Part shown: positions 1 through 11,800 of the stretch, piece after piece
How the letters are laid out: every line of letters starts with the position of its first letter
Position numbering within the stretch: position 1 is the first letter of the stretch
DNA from: Mizuhopecten yessoensis
Taxonomy: Eukaryota
Length of the DNA stretch: 64,000 nucleotides
Direction: 5' to 3'
Assembly (NCBI RefSeq): GCF_002113885.1
Contig: NW_018407322.1
Coordinates: 3,976 to 67,975, forward strand
The notes under the pieces: model-generated
What the model was told of the DNA's origin: nothing
What the model saw: only the letters and a program-made list of their open reading frames with translations
Databases searched by the model: none
Made by a program: the position numbers and the translations under genes

Positions 1-1880
1 GTTTATCCTAGAATACCATGCAGAACAAACGTCCTGCCTCAATCCTAGAATACCAAGCAGAACAAACGTCCAGCCTCTGTCCTAGAATACCATGCAGTAC
101 AAACGTCCTGCCTCTATCCTAGAATCCCATGCAGAACAAACGTCCTGCCTCTACCCTTGAATAACATGCAGAACAAATGTCCTGCCTCTATCCTAGAATA
201 CCAAGCAGAACAAACGTCCTGCCTCTGCCCTAGAATAACATGCAGAACAAACGCCCAGCCTCAATCCTAGAATACCATGCAGAACAATCGTCCAGCCTCT
301 ATCCTAGAATACCATGCAGAACAATCGTCCAGCTTCTATCCTAGATTACCATGCAGAACAAACGTTCTGCCTCTACCCTAGAATATCATGCAGAACAAAC
401 GTCCAGTCTCAATCCTAGAATTCCATGCAGAACAAACGTCCATCCACTGTCCTAGAATACCATGCAGATTAAACGTCCTGCCTTAATCCTAGAATACCAT
501 ACAGAACAACCGTCCTGCCTCTGTCCTAGAATACCATACAGAACAAACGTCCTGCCTCTGTCCTAGAATACCATGCAGAACAAACGTCCAGCCTCAATCC
601 TAGAATACCATGCAGAACAAACGTCCAGCCTCAATCCTAGAATACCATGCAGAACAAACGTCCAGCCTCTATCCTAGAATACCATGCAGATTAAACGTCC
701 TGCGTCTATCCTAGAATACCATACAGAACAAACGTCCTGCCTCTGTCCTAGAATACCATGCAGAACAAACGTCCAGCCTCAATCCTAGAATACCATGCAG
801 AACAAACGTCCAGCCTCAATCCTAGAATACCATGCAGAACAAACGTCCAGCCTCTATCCTAGAATACCATGCAGTACAAACGTCCTGCCTCTATCCTAGA
901 ATCCCATGCACAACAAACGTCCTGCCTCTATCCTAAAATACCATACAGAACAAACATCCTGCCTCTGTCCTAGAATACCAAGCAGAACAAACGTCCAGCC
1001 TCTATCCTAGAATACCAAGCAGAACAACCGTCCAGCCTCTATCCTAGAATCCCATGCAGTACAAACGTCCTGTCTCTAGCCTAGAATACCATGCAGTGCA
1101 AACGTCCTGCCTCTGTCCTAGAATACCATGCAGAACAAACGCCCAGCCTCTATCCTAGAATACCATGCACAACAAACGTCCTGCCTCTATCCTAAAATAC
1201 CATACAGAACAACCATCCTGCCCCTGTCCTAGAATACCAAGCCGAACAAACGTCCAGCCTCTATCCTAGAATACCATGCAGTACAAACGTCCTGTCTCTA
1301 TCCTAGAATACCATGCAGTGCAAACGTCCTGCCTCTGTCCTAGAATACCATGCAGTACAAACGTCCTGCCTCTACCCTAGAATACCATGCAGAACAAACG
1401 TCCTGCCTCTACCCTAGAAGAATACCATGCAGAACAAACGTCCTGCCTCTATCCTAGAATACCATGCAGAACAAACGTCCTGCCCGTATCCTAGAATACC
1501 ATGCAGAACAAAGGTCCAGCCTCTATCCTAGAATACCATGCAGAACAAACGTACATCCTCTATCCTAGAATACCATGCAGAACAAACGTCCTGCCTCTAT
1601 CCTAGAATACCATGCAGAACAAACGTCCTGCCCGTATCCTAGAATACCATGCAGAACAAACGTCCTGCCTTTATCCTAGATTACCATACAGAACAAACGT
1701 CCCGCCTCTACCCTAGAATACCATGCAGAACATATGCCTCAAACCTAAGATACCATGCAGAACAAACGTCCAGCCTCTATCCTAGAATACCATGCACAAC
1801 AAACGTACATCCTCTATCCTAAAATACCATGCACAACAAACGTCCAGTCTCTATCCTAGAATACCATGCAGAACAAAGGT
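1..1880. repeat. 37-bp minisatellite (TATCCTAGAATACCATGCAGAACAAACGTCCTGCCTC), ~50 copies, probably within an upstream ABCG5 intron
   Basis: CCTAGAA recurs at 37-bp spacing (7, 44, ...) up to ~1880. The array runs off the window start. Confidence 0.97.
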
Positions 1881-2883
1881 CAATAGAAAAAACATGATGA
1901 GGAAAGGATATAGTTCTGTCAAAATGATCGAGTTTTAGTTTTATAGTAAATAGCATTATTGTGCATTTGTGATATCAAAATAGAATGAACATAATTTCCT
2001 GGAGACCCGTTCATCCTTAAACCACAATCATTATAGACAATATTTTCAGCATTTCCTCAAAACATGCTTTCCACGAGCAAATAGTTTTTTCATCATGTTA
2101 AATATGTTACTCAATTTTTCAAGCAAGTAGAAAGTCTATTGCATCACCTCTTAAAGACACCCCCATTTACAGGAAACTGAAGGTGTGTTTATGTGTAAAC
2201 ATTTCCTCAATTAGAACGAAAATCAGCCGGGAACACCTTAGTTTACCACATCTGCTGATATGTATATTGACCTTTCCTTATTAGATAAAGTTTGGTGACA
2301 GGTGTAAGAGGGTCAACCTAAACGTGATTCTACTCCAGGTGTTTACAGGTACAAACACAATGTCACTCTTGTCAAGGTGTTCACACGTACGACCTTAATG
2401 TAACTCTCCTACAGGGTCCGTAATCGTGAAACCATTCTCAGGTTCAAGTTTTAATTATGTGCTCAAACAAGCTTTCTTGTAACTCGCTTATATCATGTGA
2501 CAATGTGAAAAATTCAAGTTTGAAAAATTAAAGCAATGCTCAGCCTGAAGTCTTGTCAAAATTCGTTCATATCATTGGCAAAATGTGATTTTTATTTATT
2601 TATCCCCGGAACAAAACAAATGATACAGAGTTTGAGAATGAGAACGATATCTGGAGAAGGTACACATGGTACGGCTTCAGGATGTCCAGGTGTATGTACT
2701 TTACCGACATCACCGTTACTTTAGTGTAGGTATTTACCGAGTACGTTCCCAATGTAACGTCTGTCCTCATGTTTACAAGTACAACTCTCAATGTAACTCT
2801 AGTAAGGGATTTCCTTTGTGTAACTCCAGTCCATGTATTTGAAAGGGTTTTTTTTATCTAATACTAGTCTTGGTATTCACCAG

Positions 2884-5800
2884 GTTCTGGGAAAACCTCG
2901 TTACTAGACGTAATAGCACGCCGCACAGACGGCGAGGTGGCGGGGAAGATGACGCTCAATAAATTTGAATGTACCAATGATTTTGTGAGGCAGACGACCG
3001 CTTACGTGATACAGACCGATCGTCTATTACATACACTGACGGTGAAAGAAACACTCATGTATGCTGCGCTTTTACGTCTGCCAGGCAAAACCACTGAAAA
3101 GGAGAGGAAAGACAAGGTAGGACAAATCGCTTTATAATAATAGCTTATTTTTATCGACCGTCTGAAATCTACCAATATAGTGATGGCATAATTTCGCAGA
3201 AGAATAAAGTGGGTAAACATATGAACATCACACATAAATTTACAAAAGGGTCTGCTTGCTATAGGCTTGCTTTGCAACAATTTTACAACAATTTACTGAG
3301 TGTTTAGACAATTCGATGTTCTTTCTCTATATAGCCAACATACCATACTCATTTCTCAATGTATTTCTGAAAAATGTAGAGACGCTGTAAGATTATTTCT
3401 ACCACAATACGCTGTGTTATTCCACTCTCAGATCATTGTATAAACATGCAGACTGTTCAATAAATATGAGCTATACACCACACGTGGTAAATGACCTTCC
3501 ATAGTTTTGATTGGTCGAGAAGATGAAGCTTGACCGGACGACTTTTTTCACGCGCTTTTTGACGCGTGCTTTTTTGTTTACGCGTCTGCTGTCAACATCC
3601 GGCAAATGTTGGTGACTTTTGTGATGGGAAAAGGGGGTATTTAAGGCAATACCAAAAGAAGATGATGCTTAAAGATTTGATCGCTAGTTTCAGGCAAAAT
3701 TGCTACAGACGCTCGATATCGTTTCGACGCCATACCGTCGCGTGTCCAGGTCGTGAAACCCAGAGACATATCAATAATATATGCCTCTGTGAAACCCAAA
3801 CAAGATCTGTAACAGTGTCGGACAATATTTCGTTCTCCCCATGTCCCGTTATCAATATTTGGAGGGCCTGGATATGGCGGAACTCTCACTATAAACGTCA
3901 ACCATAGAACCTCACGTCCTAGGCCTATGGTGTTGGACATTGACAGCGATAAGTTCGTCTTTATCACTTGGCGGGAGGCAGACTTCGTACGATATGCTTA
4001 CGCGCATATAGTCCGTGGTTAATTCATATTAGTTAATGCAATATTGCATACTCTCAATATTTAAAGACGTTCATCTATTTTATTTTTTCACGAAGTTGTT
4101 GCCGAAACATTAATTTTGAAAATTATTAAATTTGTAAAAAAAATTAGTCATTTTTGGATATTAATGAGTGACCTTTTACATATGGATCATATCACTACGC
4201 CAGCCTTGTCAACAAAATGTACTACAGCTGTTTCCGACTGAGATTGTGGTAGAAACAGATCACACGACTCGTGGTTGTTGAGTATGGTATTTATTTCACT
4301 CTCGTAAGTTAATTTTCAAAAGTAACAGAAAGACACCAGCTAAAGCTCGTGTCTTTTGTAACTTTTGAAAATTAACTAACTCGAGTGAAATAAATACCAT
4401 ATTCAACAACCACTCATTATGTAACCTCTATAAAATTCATACTTTAATAATCACTGATTCAACGTTAACTGAACCACCGATTTAATATTTTTAGTGGATA
4501 TGTTGAAAGGACAAGGACATACCAGGACTCCTCTCCAAATGTGTCCAAGTTTCTATGACTCCAAATAAAATAGTCAAAATCAGTTAAATATGTTTAAAAC
4601 ACATTTTAATCATCGTGTACGGATATACATTAAAGCTGACCGTTTCTGCAAAATAAACATAATAACTGAAACGAAAAGAAAATGTTCTTGAAAAGGGAAT
4701 TTTACACTCGTTCGTCGAATATAGACAAGCCATAACAAATTTACCATAGAGTCGACTAATATCACCAATGTATGTAAGCTGCCACAATTATATTTATATT
4801 CGTGATAGCGAAGTAGCTGGCAAAGGCTATAGTTGCTAAGTTGTGTAATTTGCGCAGGTCAACACAGTGATACAACGGATGGGCCTGAATCCAGTGAGGC
4901 ACTCCAAGATCGGGGGACTTATAGACAGGGGTATCTCTGGAGGAGAGAAGAGGCGTGTCACCATCGCAATCCAACTCCTGCAGGATCCAAGTAAGTACAT
5001 AGCAGAACTGATTTAACGTGTACTGTATAAGATGTTTCCTCCAAGTAACACAAGACCACTGTAAACAGTGTTCCTAACCATATCCTCATTCACTGAAGTC
5101 ATGTGACATGTAGTCATGCGTGTGTTCATGTTCGTAACAGTGGAACGGGTCTTACGTGAATAGCAGCAAATTGATCTTGCTATGGCGAAGTACATGATTT
5201 AATATTGATGAAAATGTTATGAACTCTTCGTTGATGTTCTCATGAGACCCGTTGAATTTATCAAGCCATAGATTTGACCATAGGAAAATCAAATTCCATG
5301 AATCCAATACACTTTTTTAGTTGAAAATGATAAAGGCTTTGAAACATTACAACAGCCATGGGTATCCCTAAAGTTGAGCCGACATCAGTACTGAGATATT
5401 TGACATAATTTACATTTACATTTACAAATGAATCGAGTTATCTTCTATGAGACTGGTTTGAGTACATATTAAACTATTACCCAGCGTATTGTTGGTTCCG
5501 AATGATGATTTTCTCCGTCTGTATAAACTACCTGTATATCCAGGTATCTTGCTGCTGGACGAGCCTACCACTGGACTGGACAGCTACACGGCACGGCACC
5601 TGGTCACTAGTTTGGCCGAGCTGGCACACAGAGGCACCATTGTTATTCTCTCCATCCACCAGCCTCGATCTGACATATTTGGATTGCTTGACAGGGTAGC
5701 ACTAATGTGTACCGGAAATATGGTATATTACGGTGACACTAACAAGCTAGTGGAGCACTTCACACTCGCTGGGTACCCTTGTCCGCAGTACGCCAACCCT

Positions 5801-8800
5801 CTCGATAACTATGGTAAGTTCGCTAGGGTCTACCTTACAGAATAATTTGTCCACGACTTACACTCTGTTCGTGTTGTTTTTGTGTTACAATAAGTATTTT
5901 TTTTATCAAAAATACCTCATTCGTTTAAACTAAAGCTATACCTAAAATTGTCATTCACAGTGCCTTTAACTCGCCACAATGTCGATATACCGTAAAGGGT
6001 GAAATGTTTTATGTGTGGAAAAGCTTCATTAAATCAACGCAGAAATATATTATCTGCGAATATNNNNNNNNNNNNNNNNNNNNNNNNNNNNNNNNNNNNN
6101 NNNNNNNNNNNNNNNNNNNNNNNNNNNNNNNNNNNNNNNNNNNNNNNNNNNNNNNNNNNNNNNNNNNNNNNNNNNNNNNNNNNNNNNNNNNNNNNNNNNN
6201 NNNNNNNNNNNNNNNNNNNNNNNNNNNNNNNNNNNNNNNNNNNNNNNNNNNNNNNNNNNNNNNNNNNNNNNNNNNNNNNNNNNNNNNNNNNNNNNNNNNN
6301 NNNNNNNNNNNNNNNNNNNNNNNNNNNNNNNNNNAAATATATAGACTTTATATAGAATATATATAGATTATACATAGAATATAGATAGAATATAGATAGT
6401 ATATATATAGATTATACATAGGATATATATAGAATATATATAGNNNNNNNNNNNNNNNNNNNNNNNNNNNNNNNNNNNNNNNNNNNNNNNNNNNNNNNNN
6501 NNNNNNNNNNNNNNNNNNNNNNNNNNNNNNNNNNNNNNNNNNNNNNNNNNNNNNNNNNNNNNNNNNNNNNNNNNNNNNNNNNNNNNNNNNNNNNNNNNNN
6601 NNNNNNNNNNNNNNNNNNNNNNNNNNNNNNNNNNNNNNNNNNNNNNNNNNNNNNNNNNNNNNNNNNNNNNNNNNNNNNNNNNNNNNNNNNNNNNNNNNNN
6701 NNNNNNNNNNNNNNNNNNNNNNNNNNNNNNNNNNNNNNNNNNNNNNNNNNNNNNNNNNNNNNNNNNNNNNNNNNNNNNNNNNNNNNNNNNNNNNNNNNNN
6801 NNNNNNNNNNNNNNNNNNNNNNNNNNNNNNNNNNNNNNNNNNNNNNNNNNNNNNNNNNNNNNNNNNNNNNNNNNNNNNNNNNNNNNNNNNNNNNNNNNNN
6901 NNNNNNNNNNNNNNNNNNNNNNNNNNNNNNNNNNNNNNNNNNNNNNNNNNNNNNNNNNNNNNNNNNNNNNNNNNNNNNNNNNNNNNNNNNNNNNNNNNNN
7001 NNNNNNNNNNNNNNNNNNNNNNNNNNNNNNNNNNNNNNNNNNNNNNNNNNNNNNNNNNNNNNNNNNNNNNNNNNNNNNNNNNNNNNNNNNNNNNNNNNNN
7101 NNNNNNNNNNNNNNNNNNNNNNNNNNNNNNNNNNNNNNNNNNNNNNTGTTCTCCCTGTACACCATACTGCTGTTTCCAATATTGGTAACTGGTAAATGTT
7201 CTCCGCTGTTTCCTCCCTGTACACCATACTGCTGTTTCCAATATTGGTAACTGGTAAATGTTCTCCGCTGTGTTCTCCCTGTACACCATACTGCTGTTTC
7301 CAATATTGGTAACTGGTAAATGTTCTCCGCTGTGTTCTCCCTGTACACCATACTGCTGTTTCCAATATTGGTAACTGGTAAATTGTCTCCGTTGTGTTCT
7401 CCCTGTACACATAGCTACTGTTTTCGTATTGGTGAGTGTAAATTTTCTCCCTGTGTTTTCAGTACTGCTGATCGTCTTTTTCACGTTTAGTTGATGTAGC
7501 TAGTGTGGACCGCCGAACTACAGACCAGGAGATCGCAACAACGCAGAAAATCAACAAGCTTGTTCAAATATATAAAAACTCACTCATCTTTGACGAAATG
7601 CGACACGAAGTGTTAAAACTAATGAAACATTCACATAAAAATGAAAGATCCATGGCAGTGAACCGCCCTAGCAAACCGAGCGTGTTTCGGGTGATACTGG
7701 CACTGTTAAGGTAAGCCATGTCACACATAACCTAATGTCAGAGACGGTTGTCATGGTGATCATGATCGACCAAATCAATGTCATCACTATTGCAACTCCT
7801 TTTTGTAACGCATTTTGATCTAAAATATAAGCTAAGATATGAGAATAGGTAGGTCAGTTCGTGTTTTATTGTCCCTAGGTCAAGGGCACTGTCATAAACT
7901 TTTTTAGGAAGTAGGTAACCAATTAAGTTTCCTTGGTCATTTGTAAGAGAATATCTTTTTTTAAAGGGTCAATAATGAGAATATGTCATATGAGTTTGTA
8001 TGTGATAATTCCAAATGCAAGGCCAACATTACGGATAACCTTGATAGGATATTTTTTTCGTAGTTCCAGCAAATTCAATCTTGTATGCATATTTTGATAT
8101 TTAAACATCAATTATATACAAAAACCATAAAGGTCGATAAAAGTAGTTTGATAATATCAGAGCTAGTATTTCAGGATGCCAAGGTCAAAATCATCGTTAC
8201 TATTTCTAGTCAAACGGAATTGAGTTTAAACAAATAACGGAAATTGGACATCCGGTGAATCTCAACACTTCATGAATTTCGATAGATGCTGAATCAAGAT
8301 AGTTGGTTCGATTCACTGCAAAAATGCTATATTGCTGCCTTTTCAGTCGCAGTTACCGCCACACGGGGAGGGACAGGAGTATCTACGCTAGTCGGATGTT
8401 CCTGCTGTTCTGCTTCGTGCCCTTCATCTGTCTCTTCCTGCTGCAGATGGGAACAGACCAACGCAGTATACAGGACCGAATTGGGCTAATATACCAGGGT
8501 ACCAGCGTTCCCTCCTACATGGGGCTGATGAACGGGTTCTACTTGTGTACGTATCCTACTCTACAACACGCGTTAGCTGTTTTACGTGTAATCAGTCAAC
8601 ACGTTTGATCTGCTTTCTTCTTTGTCATCTCAATTTTTTGCCATTTACCCACAATACATCATTAACGGTCTTACCACTTACAGTTCTCTGACAAAGGTTA
8701 TTTACTGAGTAGTAACAAAGCCACCTTCCCTGTATGTGTATTTTATGCCATCGTGATCTGTTCCTCCAGTGTCTGCTCTTAATATACTGATTGACTGGAT

Positions 8801-11800
8801 GCATAGGTCATCATAGAATTATATGTTCATTTACACTACCAGTTCCTTCTGTAAGCATTACTGTACCAGAAGAAATTACGTTCTTAGGATTATGGACGGA
8901 TTTGATCAACGTTATTTTGAGTATTTCCTCCTTTCTCAAATTACGTGAAACAACCATTAAAACCGAACATGTTGGTGGCGTAAGGCTGTTCCAGGAATCT
9001 CGTTTGCACAGACTATACAGACACTTAAATATCGGAAATATTTAGATCATTAGTAACTAAAATTTAATATGTGAATTGAACGGCATTTTTCAATGTTCAT
9101 GCCGATATGATCGCAAATCGGTTACATACATATTCCATGAAGCCCTTATCGTTATGAACATTGCAGAATGCCGTTCAATCCTTACATGAAGTACCGTTTC
9201 GTGATAAAAACATGTTTCCAGTGTCTTAGATAGTTAGTGAGCTACATAATGTCCCTAGTTTCCTTTGGCCTTAGCAACTCATCGATTCCTTATTGTTATC
9301 TCCTCCAATCCTTATTGTTATCTCCACGATTCCTTATTGTTATCTCCACGAATCATTAGTGTTATCTCCACGAATCATTAGTGTTATCTCCTCCAATCCT
9401 TATTGTTATCTCCACGATTCCTTATTGTTATCTCCCCGACTCCTTATTGTTATCTCCACGATTCCTTATTGTTATCTCCTCCATTCCTTATTGTTAAATT
9501 CTCAATTCCTTATTGTTATCTCCTCCATTCCTTATTGTTATCTTCCCGACTCCTTATTGTCACAAAAAACGTTAAAAAGTGTACTATCTCAATACTGTGT
9601 TGTTTTTACAGCTCCCGCATACAAACGCTTTGTAACACCTTTTTCTTCTGTTGTGTCCACAGTTCGGCCATCGAAAGATTTTATACGTTATGTGTTTAAA
9701 GCTTTTCATTGTGAGATCTTATGCTATTTCAATATTGCGTTAAGAGTTCCGCCGTTAAGAGACCTTTTATGATATCTAAATATTGTGTCAACAGTTCCTC
9801 CGTTTAGAGACCTTGTATTATATCTATATAGTGTGTTGTGCCCACAGTAACCCCGTTGAGAGACCTTGTATTATATCTATATAGTGTGTTGTGTCCACAG
9901 TACCTCCGTTTAGAGACCTTGTATTATATCTATATAGTGTGTTGTGTCCACAGTACCCCCGTTGAGAGACCTTGTATTATATCTATATAGTGTGTTGTGT
10001 CTACAGTTCCCCCGTTGAGAGACCTTGTATTATATCTTTATATTGTGTCCACAGTTCCCTTGTTGAGAGACCTTGTATTATATCTATATAGTGTGTTGTG
10101 TCCACAGTTCCCCCGTTGAGAGACCTTGTATTATATCTATTTATTGTCCACAGTTCCCCGTTGAGAGACCTTGTATTATATCTTCATTGTCCACAGTTCC
10201 CCCGTTGAGAGACCTTGTATTATATCTATTTTGTCCACAGTTCCCCCGTCGAGAGACCTTGTATTATATCTATATTGTCCACAGTTCCCCCGTTGAGAGA
10301 CCTTGTATCATATCTATATTGTCCACAGTTCCCCCGTTGAAAGACCCTGTATTATATCTATATATTGTCCACAGTTCCCCCGTTGAGAGACCTTGTATTA
10401 TATCTATATATTGTCCACAATTCTCTCGTTGAGAGACCTTGTATTATATCTATATATTGCCCACAGTTCCCCCGTTGAGAGACCTTGTATTATATCTATA
10501 TTGTCCATAGTTCCCCCGTTGAGAGACTTATACTACCGGGAGTCGATGGATGGCCTGTACTCGTCCGTTACTTTTGTGATTGCCTACGCACTTTACGCCG
10601 TGCCTTTCCACGTGTTCAGCACCGTCTTATTCAGCATCGTCGTCTATTGGTCAGTATAGATGGTCAGCATCATCGTCTATTGGTCAGTATAGATGGTCAG
10701 CATCATCGTGTATTGATACCCGTGACTCTATTTGGAATTAAAATGATGACTGTTTCAAATAATCAAAATAATTTGGTTATTTTCCAAAATTCAGGACAAA
10801 ATAATTTGGTTATTTTCCAAAATTCAGGAGAGATTTGTTTACATGTTCCTATCACCCTAGCGATACAAAGAAATCTTGTTTTCTCCGACAGGGCAACATC
10901 CATGTACAACGACTGGGTAAAGTACGCCATTTTTAACGCCGTCCTCACTCTGCTCCAGTTCGTGTACGAAATGCTGACCATCGGCGCTATGGGCTTTTTC
11001 CTTGACCCACGGCTCGCCATCAACGTGACCACCCTCATCATGACGTTCGGTTATCTCGTATCTTCAGGCCTCATCAGGTATGTACGGTGTACAAGAATCT
11101 TCTCTGAGTACACTATACTCAACAACCTTCTCACTTAAATAGTGTACATGGGTATATGTTGTCTACATCAGCTCTTTCATGTGTGCCTAGCAGTACCCCA
11201 ACATCCGTCATTATGTTTCTGTCGCTCGACTCTATGTGATACATATAGACTTCCTCCGCTAGACTTCTCCCGTACACTTAAGTGTGATAATTAACATCGC
11301 ACGAGTGACGTTGATCATTATGTATTAATCGCAAGGTTGGTCCAGCTATTGGGGTTGCATTTATTCTAGTTTTAAAACATACCATCATTTGCAGCTTAAA
11401 GTCATTTTCTGTTACTTTAAAGGAATTTATTGACACCATTTGTTGTATTTACATGTTGTGTTTTGTTTTTGTTCATTCTTTATTTCAACTAATGACTTGT
11501 AAATTGCGAAGTGGCCATATGGTACTGTAAATGTTAGTTTTGTTTGCCTTTCTACATCAAATTCCCTTTTTTCGTATGTCTACCCATGATTGCAATGCCA
11601 CCATGCTGTATAATAATTATATTCATGTTACTGTTAATCTTCGACCATTTTTGAGATAATTTCGTCTAAGCACTGTCAGATAAAACATCAAAATAGACAC
11701 CCGATATATGTAAAAATAGACACCCGGTATATGTAAAAAAAAAATAAGAGATTTCATTACTCAAGAAGGCTATTCCAATTTTTTCCATTCATTTTAAAAA

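Noticed and set aside
1-1880. 37-bp repeat as another junction-derived array (ATCCTAG resembling codons for IL-G before Walker A)
   Set aside because: The upstream exon is outside the window and the resemblance is too short to test.
3566-3967. Overlapping 108-113-aa ORFs on both strands in an ABCG5 intron
   Set aside because: No recognisable domain; they lie in a probable transposon relic.
5999-7484. Long ORFs in the ORF track
   Set aside because: They span N gaps and a 62-bp repeat, so they are artefacts.
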